Below, piece after piece: positions 38,255 to 49,350 of a stretch of DNA of 49,488 bases. The stretch is from Cyanophyceae cyanobacterium. GTDB lineage: Bacteria; Cyanobacteriota; Cyanobacteriia; Cyanobacteriales; JBHJGN01. Location of the stretch: assembly GCA_050331735.1 (NCBI GenBank), contig JBHJGN010000094.1:1-49488 (forward strand), read 5' to 3'. How positions within the stretch are numbered: the first letter of the stretch is position 1; the number at the start of each line of letters is the position of its first letter. Both the position numbers and the translations under genes were made by a program. A model generated the notes under the pieces. The model was given only the letters and a program-made list of their open reading frames with translations, did no database searches and was not told the origin of the DNA.

Positions 38255-39763
38255 TTACCCCTCCAACGGAGTCCGCCCATATAAATCGGTCAGAGTCTTC
38301 AATCGCTCCCCTAAAATAGGATTGACCGCTCCAGACTGATAGCGCCAGCCCCAGTTTCCTTCGGCTTGAGAAGGAGTATTCATCTTGCCCTCGCTGCCCA
38401 AACCCAAAAGATCCTGAAGCGGAAAGATTACCTGGTCGCCCACCGAACTCATCGCTAGGCGAATGAGACTCCAGTGAATTCCTTCCGATTCAACGCAGCC
38501 CAAATAGTCTGTCACCCGGGCTTTTTCCTCGGGCGATCGCCCCTCAAACCAGCCCACGGTGGTATTGTTATCGTGGGTTCCGGTATAGACAATACAGTTA
38601 TGCGGATAGTTATACGGAAGGAAAGGATTCTGACGATCTGAATCGAAGGCAAAGTGCAGCACCTTCATGCCGGCAAACCCAAACTTGTCCCGCAGCTCCT
38701 CAACCTCTGGCGTAATCAGGCCCAAATCTTCGGCAATGATGGGGAGCTTGCCGAGCTTTTCGCCCAGCAGCGTAAAAAACGCTTCTCCGGGAGCCTCAAT
38801 CCAGCGACCGTTAATGGCGACGGTTTCTCCTTGAGGCACGGCCCAGTACGCCTGAAAGCCCCGGAAGTGGTCGATACGGAAAGCATCCACATACTCGAGC
38901 ATGCCCTCAACTCGCTGTACCCACCAGTGAAAATTAGTTTTCTCGATCTGTTCCCAGTTATAAACAGGGTTGCCCCATAGCTGTCCTGTCTCGCTGAAGT
39001 AATCTGGCGGTACTCCCGCCATCAGAGCCGGTTCCCCAGTCTCCTCGTCTAGACAGAAAATTGCTGGATGGGCCCAAACATCGGCACTATCGTGAGCGAC
39101 GTAAATCGGAATATCGCCAAATAATTCGATGCCTCGCTCATTGGCATACTTTTTGAGTTCTTTCCACTGACGGAAAAACTCGAACTGAAGAAACTTGTGA
39201 TGAAATACCGACTCCTGAAGACGGCTAGACCATTCCTCTAAAGCTTCGGGTTTGCGTTTGGCAATTTCTTCAGGCCAGCGATTCCAGCTTACTCCCTGCT
39301 GGTCTTCTTTAATCGCCATAAAGAGCGTATAGTCGTTCAACCAGTAAGCATACTGCGTACAAAATTTTTGGAACTCCTCTTGGCGTTGAGCCACGGCATG
39401 GGACCGAAACCGCTGACTTGCCTTTTGCAACAGCGGCAGCTTCGTTTGAAAAACGAGGTCGAAATCCACTTGCTCCCGCGGAAACTCCGGTAGCTCTTTA
39501 AAATCGTCTTCGTCTAGCAATCCCTCTTCCTGAAGCTTTTCCGGGCTGATCAGCAACGGATTGCCAGCGAGTGCTGAGTAGCATAGGTAGGGGGAATTGC
39601 CGTGCCCCGTTGGTCCTAGCGGCAAAACCTGCCAGAGCTGCTGATGGCTGTTGTATAAAAAATCAACAAAGCGATAAGCCTCTGTTCCCAAATCACCGAT
39701 GCCGAACCGACTGGGAAAACAAGTAGGATGTAGCAGAATACCGCTAGCTCGAGAAGAAAGCAT
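38255..39763 (-). CDS. malQ: 4-alpha-glucanotransferase
   Basis: SGILLHPT, GVPPDYFSETGQLWGNP, RIDHFRGF, AEDLG, YTGTHDN. Confidence 0.96.
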   Translation of the reverse strand: MLSSRASGILLHPTCFPSRFGIGDLGTEAYRFVDFLYNSHQQLWQVLPLGPTGHGNSPYLCYSALAGNPLLISPEKLQEEGLLDEDDFKELPEFPREQVDFDLVFQTKLPLLQKASQRFRSHAVAQRQEEFQKFCTQYAYWLNDYTLFMAIKEDQQGVSWNRWPEEIAKRKPEALEEWSSRLQESVFHHKFLQFEFFRQWKELKKYANERGIELFGDIPIYVAHDSADVWAHPAIFCLDEETGEPALMAGVPPDYFSETGQLWGNPVYNWEQIEKTNFHWWVQRVEGMLEYVDAFRIDHFRGFQAYWAVPQGETVAINGRWIEAPGEAFFTLLGEKLGKLPIIAEDLGLITPEVEELRDKFGFAGMKVLHFAFDSDRQNPFLPYNYPHNCIVYTGTHDNNTTVGWFEGRSPEEKARVTDYLGCVESEGIHWSLIRLAMSSVGDQVIFPLQDLLGLGSEGKMNTPSQAEGNWGWRYQSGAVNPILGERLKTLTDLYGRTPLEG

Positions 39764-40012
39764 ACTGAGTCAGTGTGTTTGTGACTGGTTTTCCAAAATT
39801 GCACTTTTAGGTTTCTAACATAGGGAGCAGAAAAAAGAAATCTGTATAATTACAGATCCGAAAAATAGGAAGTGTTGGGGACGGGGAAAAGGCAGTCAGC
39901 TTGGCTTGTTGCCTGTATTCAGAGTTTTTCTTGCTCTGTTTCTATTCTCACATCGATTGATCCCTGTTTGTTTTCTAAACAGAATGCCTCGTTAAGATAA
40001 AAGTATACACTT

Positions 40013-41584
40013 GTGTTGTTGTCAATGTCTCCACTGAGTCAGCCCCTTGGGGTTGTTTTACAGCAGGCTGGTTTAGTGTCAGCCACACAAATAGAGATGG
40101 CTCTGACTGAGCAGCGTCAAGCCAATCAACTGCGGCTAGGGGAGATTCTGGCGAAGCACGGGTGGATTCAGCAAGAGACGGCTGACTTTTTTGCCCAAAG
40201 ATGGTTTGCTTTACCTCAGCGGAAAAAACGCCCGCTCGGACAGTATTTGAAAGAAGCTGCTCTCTTAGATGAAAGTCAGATTCAAGCCATCTTAGCCGAG
40301 CAAAAGCAGAGCGGACAGCGGTTTGGAGAAATTGCCGTTATTAAGCAGTGGCTGGCGGAAACCACGTTAACTTTCTTTCTTAAGCATCTTCAGTCTCCCT
40401 ATCAGACTTTCAAGCTTCAGCTAGAGGCGAAAGCCGAGTGTCCCTATACGGTGCTTGAGGCCATTTTGTCATGGACAAATCATCACCCAATTCTGACTGA
40501 AAAAATTTGTCAGTTCATTGAGCGCTCTCAGCTATTGATTGCCACTGGGGACGAAAGTATTCAAGTTGAACGGCTGGTGTACGCTCATGTTGTTGATCGC
40601 TGGGAGCGGGGCATTGCGGCTGACTATTTGTGCTCTCTTGGCGATCACCTTCTCAATCATTCCCAAGACCCCTTGACGCTGCTGTTGGTTTATCAGGAAA
40701 TTTGGCAGCAGGGAGCCGTTGCTGATGGCAGCCAATCTCAAGCAGCGCTGCTTGAGATTGGCTTAGTGATTGAGCAGCAGCAGACTTTAGAAGTCGCCAA
40801 CCGGATCTATCACGCGGTGTTTAACTACAAATGGGTGGTATTAGAAGTCGCTAAAATGATAGAATCCAGACTCGATCGCTCTCCAGCTAAGATACCAGTA
40901 GAGCTGGCGATCGCTGCTCCCTCCGCTTTAAGTACTAGCGACGCTCCGACAGTCGCTTCCTTAAGGGCGATCGCTCAGTCTTCTCCAGCCCGACGCTGGC
41001 CTAAGCGCCTGCTCATCTTAGCAATTAGCGCTGTCGGGGCGGGATTTGCAGCCGGACTTAGCATTCTGCCTCGGCTAACATCGATAACGACATCTCCTGA
41101 AGCGTCTTCTGCTTCCGTTGAGTCAGAATCGGCTCCAGCCCCAGAGACGATAGAGGCTGTTCCCTCTTCAGAAGACAGCGCAGATATTCCCACCTTTACA
41201 ACAGGCACAACAGGCGAGCAGCTTAGACAAGCTTTAGGAGAACCAACCCGCAATAGACAGGGGTACTGGTCGAATAGCCGAGCGTGGCTCTACGAAGAGA
41301 TTGTCCCAGAGGTCGATCTAGGCTACTTGCTCGATGCCAGCACTGGCAGAGTCCGACAGACCGAAGGCTCGTTTACCCAAGCGGTGAGGTTGCCGGATAT
41401 CCAGCAGGCGTTAGACGGGATGCTAGGAGGCAGCACTCCTCCGGCGGTTCAAGAGCGCTTAGCGCAAATTTATCTGCGTCAAGGCGATCGCTATTCGTTT
41501 ACCGTCGCTAATTTAGAAGGCGTGATCGAGCGCAACGAGCAAGATCGAATCTACATTGGCGTATGGGAAGCCGATTTTCACTGA
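40013..41584 (+). CDS. Multidomain membrane protein with tandem MshEN-like motifs
   Basis: PLGVVLQQAGLVS / RLGEILAKHGWI / PLGQYLKEAALL / RFGEIAVIKQWL; single TM; extracytoplasmic C-terminal domain. Confidence 0.6.
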   Translation: MLLSMSPLSQPLGVVLQQAGLVSATQIEMALTEQRQANQLRLGEILAKHGWIQQETADFFAQRWFALPQRKKRPLGQYLKEAALLDESQIQAILAEQKQSGQRFGEIAVIKQWLAETTLTFFLKHLQSPYQTFKLQLEAKAECPYTVLEAILSWTNHHPILTEKICQFIERSQLLIATGDESIQVERLVYAHVVDRWERGIAADYLCSLGDHLLNHSQDPLTLLLVYQEIWQQGAVADGSQSQAALLEIGLVIEQQQTLEVANRIYHAVFNYKWVVLEVAKMIESRLDRSPAKIPVELAIAAPSALSTSDAPTVASLRAIAQSSPARRWPKRLLILAISAVGAGFAAGLSILPRLTSITTSPEASSASVESESAPAPETIEAVPSSEDSADIPTFTTGTTGEQLRQALGEPTRNRQGYWSNSRAWLYEEIVPEVDLGYLLDASTGRVRQTEGSFTQAVRLPDIQQALDGMLGGSTPPAVQERLAQIYLRQGDRYSFTVANLEGVIERNEQDRIYIGVWEADFH

Positions 41585-42108
41585 TCAACTCTGTTGAGAT
41601 GTCTGGCTTTGTGCATAACAGACTGTACATACGCTGCTTTAGCAGATGTATATGTTTCTCGGTCGGTTGAAAAACGCTGAGCTAGATGATGCTTCAACTG
41701 TGCATATCGTGCGGCTTCTTCCGAATGCTGGCGGAGGTAATCTCGAAACAGCAGACGCTCCCAGAGAACGCTGTCCGGCTCAACCAGGTGAATGTGATGG
41801 GTGCGCTGCGGACTTGGAGGTAAGCCTTTGACAAAAAACATCCGCTGAGGATCGGGATTGTCAAACCAATAGGCATAGCCCAGTGTTTCTAGCGGCGCAA
41901 TTGATAGTCGCTGAGCTTCTTTGAGTGAACAAACCCCCACCAAAATATCAATGATTGGCTTTGCCGCCAAACCTGGTACTGCTGTGCTGCCAAAGTGTTC
42001 AATACGAATAATTAAATCATCAGCTAAAACTTCCCGCAGACGTGCTTCCTCCTGCTCAAACAGCAGTGGCCAACGTGGATTGTACTCAACGATAACCACT
42101 TCATCCAT
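41578..42108 (-). CDS. GrpB family protein
   Basis: IEHFGSTAVPGLAAKPIIDI, RTHHIH, FRDYLR. Confidence 0.9.
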   Translation of the reverse strand: MDEVVIVEYNPRWPLLFEQEEARLREVLADDLIIRIEHFGSTAVPGLAAKPIIDILVGVCSLKEAQRLSIAPLETLGYAYWFDNPDPQRMFFVKGLPPSPQRTHHIHLVEPDSVLWERLLFRDYLRQHSEEAARYAQLKHHLAQRFSTDRETYTSAKAAYVQSVMHKARHLNRVDQ

Positions 42109-42118
42109 TGTTTAGTCT

Positions 42119-43210
42119 TTAGGTCTGAACGCCACACTGCCCCTGATGGCGCAGGAGATGATCGCACAGTACCAGCGCTACCATCGCTTCAACCATCGGC
42201 ACTGCTCTCGGCAACACACAGGGATCGTGTCGTCCTTTAGCCGCGAGAACGGTTTCTTCCCCGGCGCGAGACACAGTGCGCTGTTCTTTGCCGATAGTCG
42301 CGGTGGGCTTAAAGGCCACTCGAATCGTAATATCTTCCCCGTTGCTAATGCCGCCTTGAACACCGCCAGAACGATTCGTCACGGTGCGAGTTTCGCCGGA
42401 GTTGTCGATGTAAAACTCGTCGTTGTGTTCGCTGCCAGTCAGCAGCGTCCCCGCAAATCCAGAGCCAATTTCAAAGCCTTTGGTAGCGGGTAAAGACATC
42501 ACTCCCTTAGCGATGTCGGCTTCTAATTTATCGAAGACGGGTTCTCCGAGTCCTTTCGGGACGTGGCGCACCACGCACTCTACTACCCCGCCAATCGAAT
42601 CTTGGTTTTGCCGCGTTTGCTCAATCAGCTCAATCATGCGTTCAGCACATTCAGCATCCGGGCAGCGGACGATGTTGCTTTCCACCTGCTCTAGCGTCAC
42701 GGTAGCGGGATCAACAACGCCTTCTAAGTCTTTGATGCGCTTAACGTAGGCCACGATTTCGACTCCTGCCGCCCGCTGAAGCACTTTTTTAGCAATGGCT
42801 GCCGCCGCGACTCGGCCAATGGTTTCTCTGGCAGAAGACCGTCCGCCTCCCTGCCAGTTACGAATGCCATACTTGGCATCGTAGGTGGCATCGGCATGGG
42901 ATGGGCGATACTTTTGCTCCATCTCGCTGTAGTCTTTACTGCGGGCATCTTTATTCCTCACCAGAATCGCAATGGGCGTTCCGGTAGTTTTGCCTTCAAA
43001 GACACCAGAAATAATTTCGCAGGTATCGGTTTCTTTACGGGGGGTGGTAATTTTACTCTGTCCGGGTCGCCTGCGGTCCAAGTCAATTTGAATCTCCTCG
43101 GCAGAAATTTCTAGCTGTGGCGGACACCCATCAATCACAACGCCAACGCCGCCACCATGAGACTCTCCAAAGGTGGTGACCCGAAATAAATGTCCGAACG
43201 TATTCCCCAT
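42119..43210 (-). CDS. aroC: Chorismate synthase
   Basis: [30 protein letters not shown]. Confidence 0.98.
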   Translation of the reverse strand: MGNTFGHLFRVTTFGESHGGGVGVVIDGCPPQLEISAEEIQIDLDRRRPGQSKITTPRKETDTCEIISGVFEGKTTGTPIAILVRNKDARSKDYSEMEQKYRPSHADATYDAKYGIRNWQGGGRSSARETIGRVAAAAIAKKVLQRAAGVEIVAYVKRIKDLEGVVDPATVTLEQVESNIVRCPDAECAERMIELIEQTRQNQDSIGGVVECVVRHVPKGLGEPVFDKLEADIAKGVMSLPATKGFEIGSGFAGTLLTGSEHNDEFYIDNSGETRTVTNRSGGVQGGISNGEDITIRVAFKPTATIGKEQRTVSRAGEETVLAAKGRHDPCVLPRAVPMVEAMVALVLCDHLLRHQGQCGVQT

Positions 43211-43542
43211 ATTTTTTGCCGAAGCTCAACTAGATCTTTGTGTTAATTATCAACGATTGGTGAGAGTGAAAGCAATGAACAATTATTAGAGCTTGCTCAA
43301 GCAGTTCTTGCTTTCATGAGCGTTCGTCTTCCATCGTCAGTCTTGTGTTGATTGTTTACTGTTCTCTAACTTCTGTACTTATGTACCCGACCAATTCTTT
43401 AAACGGCTACGGTTGTCCTTTAATACAATCTTTTTTAGCAGCCATTGCTAGCTTTAATCTAACTTTAGAAAGTTGTCGCAGAAGAATAAAGCGACAAAAT
43501 TAGAGAAACGGCGATCGCTCTTGCGAAAAATGAAGGGAGACT

Positions 43543-44469
43543 ATGAGTCCTAAAATTATTTTCCGACTGCTGAAAGAAACTTTTCAAGAATGGCAGGATG
43601 ACAAAGCCTCCCGGTTAGCGGCGGCCTTGGCCTACTATACCGTGTTTTCCCTCGCTCCGTTAGTGATTATTGCCATTGCGATCGCCGGAGCCATTTTTGG
43701 CGAAGATGCGGCCCGAGGTGAGCTGGTTGGACAAATTGAAGGATTAGTGGGCAGTGACGGGGCACAGGTGATTCAGACGGCGATTAACAATGCTAACAGA
43801 CCGAATACAGGCAGCATTGCCTCTACTATTAGTATCGCTGTGTTGCTGTTTGGAGCCTCTGGCGTTTTCGCTCAACTGCAAGATGCTCTCAATACGGTTT
43901 GGGAAGTGCAGGTGAATCCAGACTTGGGCATCTGGGGCTTTATTAGAAAGCGGATTTTATCTTTTGGGGCTGTATTAGGAATTGGCTTTTTACTGCTTGT
44001 TTCTCTCATTATTAGCGCTACTCTCTCAGCCGTTAGTCACTACATGAGCGATATCGTTCCAGGAGTTGATTTTCTCTGGCAGTTGCTTAACTTTGCCGTT
44101 TCTTTTATGGTTGTTACCTTTCTGTTCGCGCTGATGTACAAGTTTCTGCCCGATGTCAAAATTAAGTGGAGCGATGTTTGGATCGGCGCTATTATTACCT
44201 CTTTGCTGTTTGCCGTGGGTAAATATGCGTTGGGGCTCTATTTAGGTCGAGGCAGTTTTGGCTCCACCTACGGGGCGGCTGGTTCGTTAGTGGTGCTGCT
44301 CGCCTGGGTCTATTATTCTGCTCAAATCCTCTTTTTCGGAGCCGAGTTTACCCAAGTTTATTCGAGAAGATACGGCTCGCGCATTGTTCCGGACGAACAC
44401 GCCATTCCGTTAAGCGATGAAGCAAGAGCCAAACAAGGAATTCCGCGCACTCGTCGCCGGAGAAAGTAG
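43543..44469 (+). CDS. YihY/BrkB family membrane protein
   Basis: AAALAYYTVFSLAP, YGAAGSLVVLLAWVYYSAQILFFGAE. Confidence 0.92.
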   Translation: MSPKIIFRLLKETFQEWQDDKASRLAAALAYYTVFSLAPLVIIAIAIAGAIFGEDAARGELVGQIEGLVGSDGAQVIQTAINNANRPNTGSIASTISIAVLLFGASGVFAQLQDALNTVWEVQVNPDLGIWGFIRKRILSFGAVLGIGFLLLVSLIISATLSAVSHYMSDIVPGVDFLWQLLNFAVSFMVVTFLFALMYKFLPDVKIKWSDVWIGAIITSLLFAVGKYALGLYLGRGSFGSTYGAAGSLVVLLAWVYYSAQILFFGAEFTQVYSRRYGSRIVPDEHAIPLSDEARAKQGIPRTRRRRK

Positions 44470-44619
44470 TGAGCAGCAAAGCAATGGGTCGAGGCTTACG
44501 TCTTTAGTTAGGAGACAATCTTTCAACCAAAGGTAATCCGTAGCTTTTATAAAATCAGGTCTTACGGAGATGAACCTCAAGAACTTATAGTGGAAATAGA
44601 CTCAAGCAAGTAACTACCC

Positions 44620-45801
44620 GTGAAACCAATTTCCATTCTCGGCTCCACTGGCTCTATCGGTACTCAAACCTTAGATATTGTCTCCCAACATCCCGACCAG
44701 TTTAGAGTAGTGGGGCTGGCAACGGGACGGAATGTTGAGCAGTTAGTCCAGCAGGTACGACAGTTTCAGCCAGAAATTGTGGCGGTTTGCGATCAGGCTA
44801 AGTTACCGGAACTGCAAGCGGCGCTGTCCTCGCTTGACTCCGCGCCTATTATCCTGGCTGGAGAAACCGGAGTGGTTGAAGTCGCTCGCTACGGCGATGC
44901 TGAAAGCGTCGTGACGGGCATCGTTGGCTGCGCTGGCTTACTGCCCACCGTGGCGGCCATTAAAGCTGGCAAAGATATTGCCCTCGCCAATAAAGAAACC
45001 CTAATTGCTGGGGCTCCGGTAGTGCTGCCGCTGGTAGAAAAGCACGGGGTCCGGCTGTTGCCCGCCGACTCTGAGCATTCCGCCATTTTTCAGTGTCTTC
45101 AGGGAGTCCCAACCGGAGGACTGCGACGGATTCTGCTGACGGCTTCGGGCGGAGCTTTCCGAGATTTACCCGTCGAAAAGTTGAGTTCGGTGACGGTGCA
45201 GGATGCGCTGAAGCATCCGAACTGGTCGATGGGGCAAAAAATCACCATCGATTCAGCAACGTTGATGAATAAGGGGCTAGAAGTAATCGAGGCTCATTAC
45301 CTGTTTGGGGTCGATTACAATCGCATCGACATCGTGATTCATCCTCAAAGCATCATTCATTCTCTGATTGAGCTTCAGGATACCTCGATGCTGGCGCAAC
45401 TCGGCTGGCCGGACATGCGTTTACCGCTGCTCTATGCCCTGTCCTGGCCTCAACGTATCTACACAGACTGGGAACCGCTGGATTTGGTTAAGGCAGGCAG
45501 CTTAACGTTTCGAGAGCCGGATCATCAGAAGTATCCCTGTATGCAGCTTGCCTATGCAGCCGGGAGAGCGGGAGGCGCGATGCCTGCGGTGCTCAATGCT
45601 GCTAACGAGCAGGCCGTCGCGCTATTTTTGGCCAGAGAAATTCAGTTTTTGGAGATTCCCCGCCTGATCGAAACGGTGTGCGATCGCTTTGGAGCTCAGA
45701 ACTCAGCAACACCCACTCTAGAAGAGATTCAAGCCGCCGACCGCTGGGCTAGGCAGGCGGTACTAGACGCGACGAAGCAACGACAAAACGTGATTGTGTA
45801 A
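44620..45801 (+). CDS. dxr: 1-deoxy-D-xylulose-5-phosphate reductoisomerase
   Basis: [38 protein letters not shown]. Confidence 0.98.
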   Translation: MKPISILGSTGSIGTQTLDIVSQHPDQFRVVGLATGRNVEQLVQQVRQFQPEIVAVCDQAKLPELQAALSSLDSAPIILAGETGVVEVARYGDAESVVTGIVGCAGLLPTVAAIKAGKDIALANKETLIAGAPVVLPLVEKHGVRLLPADSEHSAIFQCLQGVPTGGLRRILLTASGGAFRDLPVEKLSSVTVQDALKHPNWSMGQKITIDSATLMNKGLEVIEAHYLFGVDYNRIDIVIHPQSIIHSLIELQDTSMLAQLGWPDMRLPLLYALSWPQRIYTDWEPLDLVKAGSLTFREPDHQKYPCMQLAYAAGRAGGAMPAVLNAANEQAVALFLAREIQFLEIPRLIETVCDRFGAQNSATPTLEEIQAADRWARQAVLDATKQRQNVIV

Positions 45802-45871
45802 AGAGCCTGCGGCAGCTACGACCGTCCCATAATATTTCATGATTCATTAACTGCAAGCATCCGTTTATCCC

Positions 45872-46324
45872 ATGACAACTACCGTATTTCCCAATGCTCC
45901 CGATATCTCAGCAGACGACTACTGCGTATTTGCTGTTGCTACTTGCTTCGTGCGAGAAGACGGAGAAATCGATCAAGTCGAAATCATTGAACCTGTCCCC
46001 TCCGCTTATTTAGAAGCCGTCCTCAAAGGAGTGCCCACGTCTTACCGCCTAATTTGGGCGCAGGCTGTCGGCGAAGCGATGAACGAGGCGTTCCCTCCAG
46101 AGACCCATCAGGACGCGCAACGCTGCCACGATTTTGCAGAACGAACGATAGCGGCGGCCCGCACCTACAAAAGTCGCTCTGAGGCTCAAGCCCTCCTTTC
46201 TCTAGGAACAGTCCGCGACGACCTCAACTATTCGCTTGACAAAAAGCGGCTACTGAACGCTGAAAACGTCGTGCGAACCGAAGACAACGTCAAGCAGCAT
46301 TCTCATACGCATAAAGTTCTTTAA
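45872..46324 (+). CDS. Conserved cyanobacterial hypothetical protein
   Basis: 150-aa ORF ending DNVKQHSHTHKVL. Confidence 0.75.
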   Translation: MTTTVFPNAPDISADDYCVFAVATCFVREDGEIDQVEIIEPVPSAYLEAVLKGVPTSYRLIWAQAVGEAMNEAFPPETHQDAQRCHDFAERTIAAARTYKSRSEAQALLSLGTVRDDLNYSLDKKRLLNAENVVRTEDNVKQHSHTHKVL

Positions 46325-46468
46325 AAGTATGGATTTTTAAACCAGTGAGCTACACCAGGGGTTAACATACCCAATGAGGGTAGATAGTACGCAAAGGCTG
46401 TCATCAGTTGATGTCTAGCTTGATGAAGCCGTTTGCTTTTATCACCTATCCAGCTTTTCTAGGAATGT

Positions 46469-47110
46469 TTAGCTCAAGCTTTCGGGAATTTCTTCAGGAA
46501 CAACCCAGTAGTAGAGCGTATGCTCACGGTCCGGTCCTTGTACGCGGACTACCCGCTCAGGTTTCCATTCCCCCATATCGAAATCGTGAGATACGATGCG
46601 CGTACCGGGTTCGAGTTCTTGGAGCAGTTTCGGGCGCAGTCTCAAGTTCACTTCAGGAAGAAGATAGAGCGTGACCACCGTTGCTTCGCTCAAATCTACA
46701 TCGAATAAGTCTTGCTGCACAAACTCCACGCGCTCGGAAACATTGGCGGCTTGTGCATTTTCTTGACTGATCTGAACTAGCCCCGGATTAATTTCTACGC
46801 CTATAGCGCGAGCACCATATTCTTGGGCGGCGGCGATTGTAATTCTGCCATCACCACTACCAAGGTCGTAAAGAATATCGTCGCCTGACACGTCGGCCAG
46901 TTCGAGCATTTGCTCGACAACTTCCTGGGGGGTCGGTACGTAGGGAACCTCTGCCTCACGTTTGGGTTCCTGTACACTCGTCTCGGGTTGATGAGTTTGA
47001 GTCGTGGGCGACGCTTCCCCCAAGTCGCTCTGTTGGGTACAGCCAATGAAAAACAAGCTACTAGCACTAACGCTTGTGATTAACCAACGCATCATTCTTT
47101 GAGTTTGCAT
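46469..47110 (-). CDS. Class I SAM-dependent methyltransferase with lipoprotein-type signal
   Basis: FFIGC lipobox; VPYVPTP, YDLGSGDGR, VVTLYLL, RIVSHDF. Confidence 0.85.
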   Translation of the reverse strand: MQTQRMMRWLITSVSASSLFFIGCTQQSDLGEASPTTQTHQPETSVQEPKREAEVPYVPTPQEVVEQMLELADVSGDDILYDLGSGDGRITIAAAQEYGARAIGVEINPGLVQISQENAQAANVSERVEFVQQDLFDVDLSEATVVTLYLLPEVNLRLRPKLLQELEPGTRIVSHDFDMGEWKPERVVRVQGPDREHTLYYWVVPEEIPESLS

Positions 47111-47145
47111 TGCCGGTTTCTCCGATAAAAATACTGGTATTCAGG

Positions 47146-48477
47146 TTAAGAGTGCTGATGCCGAGACAAAAGCAATAGTGGGATGCCAGCCATGACCACT
47201 GCCACCCCAATAAGGGCGCCAACTCCTGTGTAAGTCAGACTGGAGTACAGTAAATATCCGCAGATGGAGCAAAAGAGGATGGGCGTGAGAGGATAAGCAG
47301 GAACTCGAAATAGTCTCGTTACGTGGGGCTCTCGCCTCCGCAACACGAACAGAGTTACTCCTGTGAGGAGAAAAAAGAACCAGAATACGGGAGCGGTGTA
47401 GTCCACCATCGTTTCAAAGCCATGCCGCGTCAGCGTTCCCAACATTATCAAACCGAGAGCGATCGCTCCCTGCACCAGCAAAGCCGGGATTGGCGTACTA
47501 GCGCGGTGATGCCAGCGTCCGAGGATACGAAATAGAGAAAAATCTTTTCCTAGTGCGTAGTTTGTCCGAGCACCCGTGAAAATTGTGGCGTTAATTGCGC
47601 CCAAAGTAGACACACTAATCAGTAAGCTGATAAACCAAGCACCAGGTTCGCCCAGGGCACGACGCATCAAATCAGCACCAACTGCCTCTGATGCTGCCAT
47701 TTCGATGAGTCCTAACCCCTGGATGTAAGCCAGGTTAATTGCTAAATAAATCACGGTAATAATGCCAACGCTCCAAAGCAGCGATCGCACCATGTTGCGC
47801 TGAAGATTGCGCAACTCGGCAGAAATATATGCTGCCTCATTCCAGCCGCCATAGGACAATAACACGAAAACCATTGTTAGCCCAAAGCTCCTGGGGGAGA
47901 TAGGAGCGTTAAATGTCGCAGTCGAAGAGGGTGAAGCAAATACCATACCAACTAGAACAACTAGCAGCAAGCCGAGGACTTTCGCCATTGTCAACCAATT
48001 CTGCGTCCACTTCCCTTGTCGAACCCCAATGATATTCGTTACGGTCAAACCAACAACAGCAAGCGCAGCGTAAATAGATGATGAATAAGCCCCAAGACGC
48101 AGCAACTGCGAAGCATAATCTCCGAACACAAACGCCAAAAGCGCAATTGAACCCGTTTGAATGACCGTCATTCGCGACCATGCAAATAGAAAAGCCAGAG
48201 GACTACCAAAGGCCCGCATGAGGTAGTGGTAGTTTCCTCCCGTATGAGGATACGCTGTTGCTAATTCTGCGTAGCATAGAGCACCAATCAACGATATCCC
48301 GCCGCCCAATAACCAGGCTAGCAGCACGACTTCTCTACTACTAGCATTAGCAGCAACCAAAGTTGGAGTCTCGAAAATACCAGCACCGATAACAACCCCG
48401 ACGATTAGGGAAACAGCATCTGTTAAAGCTAGCGCTGGCTTTGGTGCAGGTGCTTGAGAAGGGCTGTTGTTTTTCAA
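47146..48477 (-). CDS. APC-family amino acid permease
   Basis: IGAGIF, ALCYAELA, SYGGWNE; about 12 TM segments. Confidence 0.9.
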   Translation of the reverse strand: MKNNSPSQAPAPKPALALTDAVSLIVGVVIGAGIFETPTLVAANASSREVVLLAWLLGGGISLIGALCYAELATAYPHTGGNYHYLMRAFGSPLAFLFAWSRMTVIQTGSIALLAFVFGDYASQLLRLGAYSSSIYAALAVVGLTVTNIIGVRQGKWTQNWLTMAKVLGLLLVVLVGMVFASPSSTATFNAPISPRSFGLTMVFVLLSYGGWNEAAYISAELRNLQRNMVRSLLWSVGIITVIYLAINLAYIQGLGLIEMAASEAVGADLMRRALGEPGAWFISLLISVSTLGAINATIFTGARTNYALGKDFSLFRILGRWHHRASTPIPALLVQGAIALGLIMLGTLTRHGFETMVDYTAPVFWFFFLLTGVTLFVLRRREPHVTRLFRVPAYPLTPILFCSICGYLLYSSLTYTGVGALIGVAVVMAGIPLLLLSRHQHS

Positions 48478-49115
48478 TGGGCTTACTTAGTTGTTATTGT
48501 GCTTGAATTAGAAAATCTCAGCGTTTTATTCTCTCTTAGTAACCTCCTGTAATACCAGTGTTTCACCAGGGACATTGCTGCCAATTGTCATAACAGCCTA
48601 GACTGAATTGGTTTTGAATGGATGGTTAATGACTAGCGACCAACAAATAATCACCTTTCCAGCAAAGCCTACTAGGATAGTGTGATAACTCTTCTCATGG
48701 CTAAACTTCTGAAACTGTCTGCCGCCTACATGATTAGAAGCAAATATGACGAGAAAGTGACACGCTCTGTGCAGATGCATTAAATTTCTTTCTATGCCGT
48801 CTAGTCTGTCTTGTGTTATGGGCACAAGCTATTTCCGCCAACGAAACATCTCCAAGATTGGATCTTGGCAAGTTGCGCTTATTTAGAACCTTTTGTCAAT
48901 AGTTTTCCCGTTTTTAATCAAACTGTACGAAACTAGAAGACTCGCCCTAGCTAATGGGAACAATCAGTGTAGACCCCGGAGTCAAGAGCGAGATGAATGG
49001 CGAGAAGACTTTCAAAACGAAAATATGCGATTTATAGAGCCAATAGCGCTCTTCAGCGCTACATTTTGCCGTCCGTAGCCCTCGGAGCTGTGTTCCTTGA
49101 CTACTCCAGATATTA

Positions 49116-49250
49116 TACCAATTAGAAAAAGTCATGAGAGACTTGATCCGTTGGGGAAAAGGGGAAAGGTAAACACAGCAAGCCTTTCCCTTTTAAGAGC
49201 CAACTCTTTGTTAGTGAGGAGAACTATCTCACTCCTTTCGGTCAATGGTA
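49116..49250. mobile_element. MITE copy 2 (inverted relative to copy 1, TTA target duplication)
   Basis: Reverse complement of 27656-27804 lacking 14 bp; flanked by TTA at 49113-15 and 49251-53. Confidence 0.85.
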
Positions 49251-49296
49251 TTATTTCTACTTCAGCAAGGGTTCTGGCGGCGCTACTTTACACAAT

Positions 49297-49331
49297 AAAA
49301 AAACGCCCTCCTAGATTTGGGAGAGCGCTTT
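49297..49331 (-). terminator. psbA terminator
   Basis: Hairpin GCGCTCTCC/GGAGGGCGT plus U7 on the minus strand, just after the psbA stop. Confidence 0.75.
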
Positions 49332-49350
49332 AAGTTTTGGGATTTAGCGT

